A program made the position numbers and the translations under genes. This document shows positions 9,483-21,223 of a DNA stretch of 64,000 nt, one piece after another. How positions within the stretch are numbered: position 1 is the first letter of the stretch; every line of letters begins with the position of its first letter. The notes beneath the pieces were generated by a model. That model was not told the DNA's origin. It saw only the letters and a program-made list of their open reading frames with translations, and did not search any database. The stretch comes from Dehalococcoidia bacterium (GTDB lineage: Bacteria; Chloroflexota; Dehalococcoidia; Lucifugimonadales; JADFKI01), in NCBI GenBank assembly GCA_965214635.1, contig OZ243964.1, positions 1,939,696-2,003,695 on the forward strand. The letters run 5' to 3'.

Positions 9483-10280
9483 CTACCGCCGAAACTCTAT
9501 GCGCTTGAACGCCTCGGCGTGCTGCATGCCCTTGCCGACTGCCCGCTGCCTGCGCCATTGGCGCATCGCGTCGTGCGCCCACGCCTCGTCCCTGCCGTGC
9601 ATCTGCGACTTGTGCTGCATGAGCGCACTGACCGATGTGTCCATATGCTCTGTAACATCTATGTACAGGTCTGGGTCTGGGTGTCCCATTATCCACACTT
9701 CCGCCACCTTGTGCGGCTCGAACCCGGCTTCTAGCAGGTCAGGGAAGGTCATGTGGTCGCGCGCGGCGGGGAACACCGCTTGCAGCGCAGCCTCGCCCGC
9801 CGCCATGTGGTCGGGGTGTCCCACGCCCCAGCCGCCGTCTAGGTTGCGCATCGGATACATCGTGATGACCACATCGGGCTTATACCGCCGTATTTCGCGG
9901 GCGATGTCCTTCCGCAGCTCCAGCGTGGGCACGAGCATGCTGTCTTCATAGGCGAGGAACACCACATCTTTCAGCCCCAGCGTCTTGCCGGCGTTGACCT
10001 GCTCTTTGCGGCGTATGCGCGCCAGCTTCTCTTGCGTCATATTCGGGTCAGAGCTGCCCTTGCTGCCGTCGGTGCACATCACATACACCATCTCCCATCC
10101 GGCGGCGCACAGCTTGGCAACAGTGCCGGAGCAGCCGAATTCGGCGTCATCTGCGTGTGCTATCACCACCATCCCGCGCGTGAAACTCTCGTCCACCTTG
10201 CGATCCACATCCACGCCCATCCCCTCTATGCGGGGTGGTATTTCTTGTCCGTTCTTGCCGTCCGTCCTGTCCTGTGTCAT
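9483..10280 (-). CDS. PIG-L/LmbE-family deacetylase
   Basis: VVIAHADDAEFGCSG and HPDHMAAGEA metal-binding motifs. GGGAG RBS before ATG 10280. Confidence 0.85.
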   Translation of the reverse strand: MTQDRTDGKNGQEIPPRIEGMGVDVDRKVDESFTRGMVVIAHADDAEFGCSGTVAKLCAAGWEMVYVMCTDGSKGSSDPNMTQEKLARIRRKEQVNAGKTLGLKDVVFLAYEDSMLVPTLELRKDIAREIRRYKPDVVITMYPMRNLDGGWGVGHPDHMAAGEAALQAVFPAARDHMTFPDLLEAGFEPHKVAEVWIMGHPDPDLYIDVTEHMDTSVSALMQHKSQMHGRDEAWAHDAMRQWRRQRAVGKGMQHAEAFKRIEFRR

Positions 10281-10609
10281 AGCACTCCCTGCTGCTTCAA
10301 ATGCTTCAAAGCCGAATCACCTATGCGCTGCTTTACCCATCACACCTTCCCCAGTAAGTGTAATCAGCGGCGGCGTATCCGTCTAGGATTTTCGTCCTGC
10401 CCACGCCGTACACATCGGCGTCCCAGCGCTTTTGTCCCGTCCCGCGCACAGGCGTGTCTAGCCAGCGCCACTTGATTTGCAGTGGCATATGCTTGGCGAT
10501 GTATGATGTATATAATGTAGGCGCTGAACGCATACACTCGCATACTCGTGCGCAAGGATGTATATATGGACACGGGCATTGAGACCCAAGCAAGTCGGAG
10601 CTGACCCAA

Positions 10610-11842
10610 ATGACTGAGCAGCCCTCAGCATCGCAAGACGGCGCATCCCCCGGTCTGCTTGACGGGCTGAAAGTGCTGGATCTGACCCGCTATGTGGCGG
10701 GGCCGTACGCCACGCGCCTGATGGCGGCGCAGGGTGCAGATGTGGTCAAGGTAGAGCGTCCCGGCACAGGCGACCCCGCTCGCCGCATCGGCCCGTTCCC
10801 CGACGATGTGCCGCACCTCGAAAAGTCCGCCCTGTTTCTGTACCTCAACACGGCGAAAAAGAGCGTTACGCTAAACCTCAAGCACGCCGCTTCCAAGCCC
10901 ATCATGCGCCGCCTGATAGATTGGGCAGATGTGTTGGTGGAAAACTTCAGCCCGGGGACGATGGAGCGGCTTGGGTGGGATTTCGACAGCGTGCGCGCAG
11001 TGAATCCGACGCTTGTGTTAACCTCAATATCCAACTTTGGGCAGACAGGCACATACCGCGATTACAAGGCGCGCGAGCTGAACTTGTACGCCTTCGGTGG
11101 GCTGATGTACATCACCGGCGACCCGAAGCGCGAGCCGCTGGGGATGGCGGTGCGGCTCGCGCAGTACGGCGCGGGCCAGAACGCCTTCGTCGCAACGCTT
11201 GGCGCGCTGCTGCACCGCGATTACAGCGGCGTGGGGCAGCATGTGGATGTGGCGCTCTCCGAATACCTCGCCACCATCTTGGAGAACGCCCTCAGCCAGT
11301 ATAGCTACACGGGCAGCAACTTTCGGCGCACGGGCAATCGCGGCTACGGGCGCGCTGCGTGGGGACCGTATCCGTGCCGTGACGGCTATGTGGGCGTCAT
11401 CGCTGGGCCTGACCACAAGTGGCATGAGATGGCGGAGCTGATGGGCATCCCCGAGCTTGCCGACCCGCGCTTCGACGACCGCGCCGGGCGCGCCGCTAAC
11501 GCCGACGAACTCGATGCCCTGATGCTCCCGTGGCTGATGCGGCATGACCGCCATGACATATTCGAGCAGGCGCAGCGGCGTGGCTTGGCGTTCGCATATG
11601 TCGCCACGCCGCAGGATATTCTGTCTTGGGAGCATCTGCGTGAGCGTGAGTTCTTTACCGATGTGCATCATCCTGCCGTTGGTAGCTTGCGCTACCCCAC
11701 GGGGCCATACAAGGCGGGCGCCGCCGCTTGGCGCATCACGCCCGCGCCGACATTAGGGCAGCACAACGCCCAAATCTACGGCGACCTGCTCGGATACGCC
11801 ACGCCCGACCTAATCCGTCTGCGGCAGATGGGTGCGATATAG
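10610..11842 (+). CDS. CaiB/BaiF family III CoA-transferase
   Basis: LDGLKVLDLTRYVAGPYATRLMAAQGADVVKVERP signature N-terminus. 410 aa. Confidence 0.9.
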   Translation: MTEQPSASQDGASPGLLDGLKVLDLTRYVAGPYATRLMAAQGADVVKVERPGTGDPARRIGPFPDDVPHLEKSALFLYLNTAKKSVTLNLKHAASKPIMRRLIDWADVLVENFSPGTMERLGWDFDSVRAVNPTLVLTSISNFGQTGTYRDYKARELNLYAFGGLMYITGDPKREPLGMAVRLAQYGAGQNAFVATLGALLHRDYSGVGQHVDVALSEYLATILENALSQYSYTGSNFRRTGNRGYGRAAWGPYPCRDGYVGVIAGPDHKWHEMAELMGIPELADPRFDDRAGRAANADELDALMLPWLMRHDRHDIFEQAQRRGLAFAYVATPQDILSWEHLREREFFTDVHHPAVGSLRYPTGPYKAGAAAWRITPAPTLGQHNAQIYGDLLGYATPDLIRLRQMGAI

Positions 11843-11920
11843 CGTCGCGTTATCCCTCAGACCAACGGCACGCCAGCGCAACAGCGCCGATCAATGACGG
11901 ACTGCCCTTCACCCAAAAAA

Positions 11921-12967
11921 TCAAGAATCTTTGAAGCGGGGCATCACTTCGTCTGCGAAAAGCTGCATAGAGCGCATCACCTTTTCGTGCGGGATGCCGC
12001 CCATAGCGAAGTTGCACCCGAAGTATTCCACGCCCTGCGCCCGAAGTGCGGCAATCTGTTCGACGCACTGCTCGGGTGTGCCGATGAAGGCGCGGTTGCT
12101 GCGGATGTAGTCGTAGCCCGGCGGCAGTTCGGTGCGGGCGGCGCGCCAGTCTGAGATGCGGTGCGGTATCTCGCTGCTTTCCCTGAAATTGCGCCGCCAC
12201 TGCATGATGTCCAATATCCAGTTGATGTGCGCTTCGGTGTCTTGCCGCGCCTGCGCCTCGCTTTCAGCCACATAGAAGTAGCGGAAGAACGGCACATCCG
12301 CAAGCGAGGCGTTGACGCCCGCAGCGGCTGACAGAGACAGGTAGCGTTGGCAGAGTTCGAGCGACCGCTGAGTGTCCTGCACCACGGCGACGCAAAGGTT
12401 ATAGCCGCCGTTCACCAGAAACTCTAATGTCTCCTGCGTGTATGATGCGGCGATGTATATGGGCGGGTGTGGCGTCTGCAGCGGCGGGGGCGCAAGGTTG
12501 AGCTTGTTCAGAGTGTAGAACTTGCCGGCGTGGGAAAACTCTTGCGTCGTCCAAAGCCCTTGCACGATGCGGACGCTCTCTTGGAAGCGCGCTTGGCTTT
12601 CCTGCTCGTCCACGCCGAAGCCACCGTACTCGTAGCCGAATGTGCCGCGCCCGAAGCCCACATCAAGCCGCCCGCCGCTCACGCAGTCGAGGGTTGCGGT
12701 ATCCTCGGCGAGGCGTATGGGGTTGTGCAGCGTTGGGATGAGCACACCAGTGCCCAGCCGTATGCGGCTCGTGCGCGCTGCGACTGCGCTGGCAAACACC
12801 AGCGACGATGAGCCGAGGCTGTAGCGCGAGAAGTGATGCTCAGCAATCCAAACGCTATGAAACCCGAGCTGCTCTGCGAACACCGCCTGCTCGATAGCCT
12901 CTGCGAACAGACGCGCCGGCGGCTCATGCTCGGGCCAGGGGATATGTGTAAAAAGCCCAAACTTCAT
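11921..12967 (-). CDS. LLM-class (luciferase-like) flavin-dependent oxidoreductase
   Basis: MKFGLFTHIP..LGFHSVWIAEHHFSRYS..GRLDVGFGRG. The ORF opens at 13099, but family-typical MKFGLF is at 12967. Confidence 0.9.
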   Translation of the reverse strand: MKFGLFTHIPWPEHEPPARLFAEAIEQAVFAEQLGFHSVWIAEHHFSRYSLGSSSLVFASAVAARTSRIRLGTGVLIPTLHNPIRLAEDTATLDCVSGGRLDVGFGRGTFGYEYGGFGVDEQESQARFQESVRIVQGLWTTQEFSHAGKFYTLNKLNLAPPPLQTPHPPIYIAASYTQETLEFLVNGGYNLCVAVVQDTQRSLELCQRYLSLSAAAGVNASLADVPFFRYFYVAESEAQARQDTEAHINWILDIMQWRRNFRESSEIPHRISDWRAARTELPPGYDYIRSNRAFIGTPEQCVEQIAALRAQGVEYFGCNFAMGGIPHEKVMRSMQLFADEVMPRFKDS

Positions 12968-13174
12968 TGCCTTGCACCACTGCTGGGTTGGGGATTTTGC
13001 TTTGATGCACCTGTGAGGCACTGCCGAACAATATAGCAGATGCGGGGCGTAATCTGAACCGAGGGAAAAGCGAAAATGCTGCATTTTAGGGATTGACATA
13101 TACGAACATATGAACTAATATTGAGCCGTAGCGTTGATAAGCTAATGTTGCATCGTTGAAAGTGAGGTTATATT

Positions 13175-13564
13175 ATGGCAGAAATCAAGCGGGGCGAGCA
13201 CTGCGTCGCAGCGCAGATGTGCTCCGGCGCACTCAAACGGGTGCTATTCTCCAACTGGGAAGGAGCCGGCGGCAACTACAGGTGGTATTATGTCGGCTGG
13301 GTCCACGGGGGAGCGTTTGACCAGCATTTCTGGGATACGGCTGACAGAGAGTACAGTGGCTCCACTCTGCCCGACGGTATGCTAGTTGGTTCCCTGAGAG
13401 GGGCTTGCACCAGAATTGGCCAGAGAAAGCCGGCAAAATCCGAGCTGACCAACCGATACGGTGTCGGGGATGTGCGCTGCCCATTGGCTGTGGATGTGTC
13501 GAGAAAGACGCCTGCTGTGGATTACCACTGCGAGCGTAGGTGGCTTGAAAGCGTTCATTCGTAA
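13175..13564 (+). CDS. hypothetical protein (orphan, AT-richer island)
   Basis: 129-aa ORF with GTGAGG before ATG 13175. Protein-like composition (WYYVGWVHGGAFDQHFWDTADREY). I recognise no family. Confidence 0.4.
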   Translation: MAEIKRGEHCVAAQMCSGALKRVLFSNWEGAGGNYRWYYVGWVHGGAFDQHFWDTADREYSGSTLPDGMLVGSLRGACTRIGQRKPAKSELTNRYGVGDVRCPLAVDVSRKTPAVDYHCERRWLESVHS

Positions 13565-13574
13565 GGGAGGTGGT

Positions 13575-13766
13575 ATGATGGGCATGGACTCCATTTACCC
13601 ACAGCCCAATGTATTCGAGCACATATGGGTGATCCAAAATGAGCTGAATAGAGCTATATGCCCTGCGTGTGGCGAAGCAGCTAAGCCTATGACAAAGGCT
13701 AACGTCCGCAAAATTCTAGCTCTAAAATTCGGACTCGCGGCTGACAGAGGCGACGCCGAGCGTTAG
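13575..13766 (+). CDS. small hypothetical protein (63 aa)
   Basis: Strong AAGGGAGG at 13563-13570, 4 nt before ATG 13575. The start lies 11 nt after the previous stop. A strong hairpin follows. One CxxC (CPAC). Confidence 0.4.
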   Translation: MMGMDSIYPQPNVFEHIWVIQNELNRAICPACGEAAKPMTKANVRKILALKFGLAADRGDAER

Positions 13767-13782
13767 CACGGGATTAATCATA

Positions 13783-13834
13783 TATAGATGCAAAGGACTG
13801 AGGAAACATAAACTTCCCAGTCTTTGCATCTATA
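13783..13834 (+). terminator. long stem-loop after the small ORF pair
   Basis: TATAGATGCAAAGGACTG (13783-13800) pairs with CAGTCTTTGCATCTATA (13818-13834), a 16-17 bp stem with one bulged G. No clean U-run follows. Confidence 0.45.
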
Positions 13835-13978
13835 ATGTTTCCGGCGACAATGTGAACCTGTTGTAGGTATGTGTCCTAAATAGTGCACAACTCTTTATTT
13901 GTAATGTGTCTGATGTGCCACATTAACAATATTTGCGATATACGCCTGAGTATTGGGCTTGTTTGCTGAGCGACAGGT

Positions 13979-14827
13979 GTGTCCCTTTCCGCAAGCCCCG
14001 CTGCAAGCCTTCCGGAGCACCGCATAGCAATGTTGCGAGACTTGCGATTACTTCTTTCCATCCCAAATTTGCGCAAGTACGCGATGTCTGCGCCGGTAAT
14101 GTTTTGTGTGCCTTTGGTGATTGGAGTTTTCGTCTTCGAGTGGCTCATTATGTTGGTCGCTTTGCTCTCGATTGTGCGCTACTTCCGCCCCAACACACCC
14201 GTAGAGCACGACCTGATGCCCACCGGCACACTCGGCTTGCCCGCATCCGGGCATGAGTTGAGGCGTTTGGCAGGCTCACTGCCCGGATGCGTCATAGTCG
14301 CTGCGCTCATCTTCATAAACCGCAACAAGTACTCGCTCTGGTTTATGGCGGTGCTGCTGTGTCTAGCTTATGTGGGGCAAGCTCCCCTACATGCTTGGGA
14401 AGCGGCAATGCTATACGCCGCTCCGCTTTGTGTCGCATATATATACCCTGTGTGTAATCCCGCAGAGAGCAGGGACGGGCTGCTGCGCAATGGTTTTCGG
14501 GACATGCTCGTGTCCGTATGGAAAGTGGAATGCCCCGAAGCCACATGGCTCATCTGCATCATTGCGGCTGCGTTCGCGGCAACTTCTATCCGTGTTGCCT
14601 ACACTATCGGCAAGTACGGTGGAGGCTCTGTGCCGGAAATTCTGATGTTCATGGCAACAACCTCGATTTATGTCGTGGCAGCGATGCTCTGGTTCTTCGT
14701 GCGATATTCGTCCGGCGCAAGAGAGCGCACCCCACTGGTCAGGCTCGTGAATATCGGCGGCTTTGCCATCTCCATCGGCTTACTGGCGTACACAATCATA
14801 GCACTGGTGCAGTTCGCGAGAGCCTGA
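13979..14827 (+). CDS. hypothetical polytopic membrane protein (about 7 TM segments)
   Basis: Hydrophobic stretches such as VMFCVPLVIGVFVFEWLIMLVALLSIV, LWFMAVLLCLAYV, WLICIIAAAFAATS, FMATTSIYVVAAMLWFFV and GGFAISIGLLAYTIIALV. Start ambiguous: GTG 13979, ATG 14030 or ATG 14084. Confidence 0.5.
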   Translation: MSLSASPAASLPEHRIAMLRDLRLLLSIPNLRKYAMSAPVMFCVPLVIGVFVFEWLIMLVALLSIVRYFRPNTPVEHDLMPTGTLGLPASGHELRRLAGSLPGCVIVAALIFINRNKYSLWFMAVLLCLAYVGQAPLHAWEAAMLYAAPLCVAYIYPVCNPAESRDGLLRNGFRDMLVSVWKVECPEATWLICIIAAAFAATSIRVAYTIGKYGGGSVPEILMFMATTSIYVVAAMLWFFVRYSSGARERTPLVRLVNIGGFAISIGLLAYTIIALVQFARA

Positions 14828-14935
14828 CCGGTGCAACCCGGTCTGGTAAGCATCTAGGAGCGCTGGCGAGTGTGATGTGGGGGGATGCGTGATACAATCA
14901 GCACGATAACTGCAAGCGAGGGAGGCAACTCGCAT

Positions 14936-16129
14936 ATGTCTGTTCAGAGCGTCGTGGCGCAGGCGCAAGAGTACCTGCGCAGCCACTCTATCGACGGTTG
15001 GCTGCTGTACGACTATCGTGATATGAACCCCATCTTTTGGGACACGGTCGGCGCAATCCCCAATGTTACGCGCCCTTGCTGGCTGTGGATTGCGGCGGAC
15101 GCCAAGCCGCAGCTGCTCGTCAGCTATGTTGACCAAGGGCGTTTCACTCACTTGGGCATCGACACCACGCTGTTTGTCAGCCGCCGAGACATGACCGACA
15201 AGCTGGGCGCTCTGCTGGCGTCTGCGAAGCGCATAGCGATGGAATACTCGCCGCAGGGGGCGCTGCCCCGCGTGTCCCGCATAGACGCTGGCACGCTGGA
15301 ACTCGTGCGCGCCTGCGCCTATGGCGGCATAGAGATAGTGTCGTCTGCTGACCTGCTCCAATACGCCACACAGCGCTGGGACGAAGCGCAGTTTCGCTCG
15401 CACATCGCTGCCGCCGATGCGTTGGGCGCAATAGTGTTGCAGGCGTTTCGGCGCATCGGTGAGCGGATTGCGGATGGCGGCGCACCCACCGAGCACGAAA
15501 TCGCCGAGTTCATCCGTCAGCGGTTCACGGACGAGGGCATGGTCGTAACCGACGGCCCCGTAGTGGCTGCCAACGCACACGCCGCCGACCCGCACTTCGA
15601 GCCGACAGAGGCGAACTCGGTGGTGATAGGGCGCGGCGACTGGGTGCTGATAGACCTGTGGACGCGCCAGCCGCACGAGGATGCGATGTTCGCGGACATC
15701 ACTTGGACGGCTTTTGTTGGCGACACTGTTTCCCAGCGCCATCGGCAGGTGTTCGATGCCGTTATCGGCGCGCGCGACGCCGCTGTCGACCTGCTGGAAC
15801 AGGCGCATCGCAACGGCGACACGCTCGAAGGCTGGCAGCTGGACAAGGCGGCGCGCGACCACATCATCGCCGCCGGTTTCGGCGACTATTTCAGCCACCG
15901 GCTAGGGCACAGCCTCGGGCGCGAAGTGCACAGCAACGCCGTCAATCTCGACGGCTGGGAGACGCAGGACACGCGCCAACTCATACCCGGCATCGCCGTT
16001 ACCATAGAGCCGGGCATCTACTTGCCGGGAGAGTTCGGCGTGCGCTCCGAGATAGACCTGTTCATGAGCGAAAGCGGCCCCCAAATCACCACGCAGGTGC
16101 AGCGCGATGTGGTGCTGATAGATGCTTAA
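14936..16129 (+). CDS. M24-family metallopeptidase (Xaa-Pro aminopeptidase-like)
   Basis: Pita-bread metal ligands in DLWTRQ..DITWT, HRLGHSLGREVH, TIEPGIY and SEIDL. GAGGGAGG lies 8 nt before ATG 14936. Confidence 0.88.
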   Translation: MSVQSVVAQAQEYLRSHSIDGWLLYDYRDMNPIFWDTVGAIPNVTRPCWLWIAADAKPQLLVSYVDQGRFTHLGIDTTLFVSRRDMTDKLGALLASAKRIAMEYSPQGALPRVSRIDAGTLELVRACAYGGIEIVSSADLLQYATQRWDEAQFRSHIAAADALGAIVLQAFRRIGERIADGGAPTEHEIAEFIRQRFTDEGMVVTDGPVVAANAHAADPHFEPTEANSVVIGRGDWVLIDLWTRQPHEDAMFADITWTAFVGDTVSQRHRQVFDAVIGARDAAVDLLEQAHRNGDTLEGWQLDKAARDHIIAAGFGDYFSHRLGHSLGREVHSNAVNLDGWETQDTRQLIPGIAVTIEPGIYLPGEFGVRSEIDLFMSESGPQITTQVQRDVVLIDA

Positions 16130-16254
16130 ACATCCTGCTTTGTGACTTTTGTCCAACCCTAAATCCAATAGCGCTTATCTTTGGGGTCAAGCATTGCTAT
16201 AATGACACCACGAAGTTCCGCAGCACAATCATACCAAGCTTCGGAGGTCTCCCC

Positions 16255-17163
16255 ATGACCACCGCCGACACCCGCATCACGAAATTACGCATAGCAGCAG
16301 ATGACTTCCGTCTGCCCGACCCACCATGGCGGCCCGACAATATGACACTCTTCAAGCATCTAGCAGCCACCGGCAGTGCCCATTACCTCGCCCTATTCCT
16401 AGGTTACCCAAAAACCACATTAGTAACCGGCGACCACTATCTGGTCGAATATCTCATCCAGAACATGGCCGGTAGCTATTACCCTGACCTGATGATAGCC
16501 TTTAATGCGGACATAGCGGCATTCCGCCAACGCAATGGCTATGTCATCTCAGAGCAGGGCAAACCGCCAGATTTCGTGCTGGAGATAGCCTCACCCAGTA
16601 CCGGAGACATTGACACGGGAGAGAAGCGGGAAGCCTATGCGGAATTAGGCATCCCGGAGTACTGGCGATTTGATGAAACCGGTCAGTCCCATGGGACGAG
16701 GCTGGCTGGCGACCGACTGGTGAACGGCAGGTACGAACCCATCGCCATCACCGAATTGCCGGACGGCTCGCTACAGGGATACAGTGCTGTACTGAACCTG
16801 TATCTGCGCTGGGAGAACGGTGAGCTAGGGTGGTATGACCCTGCGACGGGACAGCACATCCCCACCTTCAACAGCGAGCAGGCAGAGCGCTTGCAGGAAC
16901 AGGATGCCCGCCTCCAAGCGGAAGCCCGCGCCGACCGGGAACGGGCAGAGCGCATACAGGAACAGGATGCCCGTCTCCAAGCGGAAGCGCGCGCCGACCG
17001 GGAACGAGATGCCCGCACCCAAGCGGAAGCGCGCGCCAACCGAGAACAGGCAGAGCGCTTGCAGGAACGGGCAGAGCGCTTACGGGAACAGGACGCCCGT
17101 CTCCAAGCGGAAGCGCGCATGCGGGAGATGGAAGATGAACTCCGCAGACTCCAGAACGGCTGA
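16255..17163 (+). CDS. Uma2-family (DUF820) endonuclease with C-terminal repeat tail
   Basis: GGAGG before ATG 16255. PD-(D/E)xK-like core YYPDLMIAF..PPDFVLEIASPST..KREAYAELGIPEYWRFD. The C-terminal third consists of ERLQEQDARLQAEARADRER-type repeats. The upstream part of the 501-aa ORF overlaps the M24 gene and is discounted. Confidence 0.8.
   Translation: MTTADTRITKLRIAADDFRLPDPPWRPDNMTLFKHLAATGSAHYLALFLGYPKTTLVTGDHYLVEYLIQNMAGSYYPDLMIAFNADIAAFRQRNGYVISEQGKPPDFVLEIASPSTGDIDTGEKREAYAELGIPEYWRFDETGQSHGTRLAGDRLVNGRYEPIAITELPDGSLQGYSAVLNLYLRWENGELGWYDPATGQHIPTFNSEQAERLQEQDARLQAEARADRERAERIQEQDARLQAEARADRERDARTQAEARANREQAERLQERAERLREQDARLQAEARMREMEDELRRLQNG
16882..17118 (+). repeat. in-frame tandem repeat (63-bp unit, two full plus partial copies)
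   Basis: Unit 16882-16944 (GCAGAGCGCTTGCAGGAACAGGATGCCCGCCTCCAAGCGGAAGCCCGCGCCGACCGGGAACGG) recurs at 16945-17007 with a few substitutions. Partial copies follow to about 17118. Confidence 0.85.
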
Positions 17164-17417
17164 CATTATGATGGCTTATGCCTCATCCTACGAAGCAACC
17201 ACCTGAATGGAAACGCTACCCCCATCCCCCGCAATCGTTGACATACGCCGCATGTTCGCTTACGCTTGGTGGTGAGCGCAGGGTTTGCAGACGCTCGTAT
17301 CGTGCATCCTGATATGCGGCATATGCGGCGCGTCCAACGCAAATCTTGAATCTTGATACATTAGGAAACATACACAGACTTTGACGGAGACGAGTATCCG
17401 GCACACGGCGGCACAGC

Positions 17418-17695
17418 GAGTTCGGCACGGGTGATGGCTTTAAGGCGGTTGCCCATCGGTGGGAGCGAACGCTGCACGCGCCGGAGAATATCACTCCCGA
17501 GTTCCGATGCCGAACGCGCCCGCAATCATGGCAAGCGGCGTCAGTAGGCGGCGGCGGTGTGCCCGCCCGTTAGAGCGGGCGGCTCGATTGTGGTCGAGCC
17601 TCTGAGCGTCTCGGCGTGCATCGCTGCCGAGGAACGAGGGTGGTACCGCGGGATTTTTAAGCTCCCGTCCCTTCTATGGGACTGGGAGTTTTTTT
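17418..17695 (+). promoter_or_regulatory. T-box leader (tRNA-sensing riboswitch) for ileS, candidate AUC (Ile) specifier
   Basis: Conserved T-box core GGGTGGTACCGCG at 17638-17650. The antiterminator can be drawn as GAGGG/CCCUUC and GCGGGA/UCCCGU flanking the 7-nt bulge UGGUACC. A competing terminator lies at 17662-17695. Stem I base is GUUCGGCA (17422-17429) paired with UGCCGAAC (17507-17514), with a UGAUG K-turn-like element. GAAUAUCA-CUCCCGAG (AUC at 17490-17492) resembles the specifier-loop layout. Confidence 0.8.
17662..17695 (+). terminator. intrinsic terminator of the T-box leader
   Basis: CTCCCGTCCC / GGGACTGGGAG stem, 6-nt loop, followed by seven T (17689-17695). Confidence 0.85.
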
Positions 17696-17871
17696 GTTGC
17701 TAATGACCAGTTTCTTGCTTGGAGGGCCGTGAAGTACTGGGAAACGGAGTGTTTTGAACTGAGATCTTTTTGTCGTTAATGGCCAGTTTCTTGCATCAGT
17801 AGATTGAGTTGCTGATTTAGAGGAAGTCCGGCGGGGTTTTTGCAAAAATTAGTTTTACATTGAGGGCGAAA

Positions 17872-21207
<3,336 letters not shown>

Positions 21208-21223
21208 CGGGGGAGGCAAAAGT

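Noticed and set aside
10472-10516. Promoter-like hexamers (TTGATT, TTGGCG, TATAAT) upstream of the CoA-transferase gene. Similar weak candidates lie before the T-box leader, the tRNAs and the SBP operon.
   Set aside because: The spacing between candidate -35 and -10 elements is wrong (12 or 33 nt), or the matches are 3-4/6 only. I cannot support promoter calls by eye.
13233-13637. Minus-strand 134-aa ORF, and the 13876-14148(-) ORF, in the orphan island.
   Set aside because: Their composition is Arg/Pro/Ser/His-rich and they lack an RBS. The plus-strand ORFs have strong Shine-Dalgarno sites and tighter gene packing, so I favour the plus-strand reading, with low confidence overall.
14780-15898. 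Long antisense ORFs opposite well-supported genes. Examples are 14780-15898(-), 60576-61622(-), 30937-32094(-), 32421-33437(-), 51384-52352(-), 30148-30915(-) and 15658-16254(+).
   Set aside because: These are typical high-GC shadow ORFs. Their translations are Arg/Ala/Pro/His-rich with no motifs or RBS, and each fully overlaps a gene with clear family signatures on the other strand or frame.
16882-17118. Regular direct repeats considered as a possible CRISPR or other non-coding array.
   Set aside because: The repeats are contiguous with no spacers, are in frame within the Uma2 ORF, and encode a coherent helical peptide repeat.
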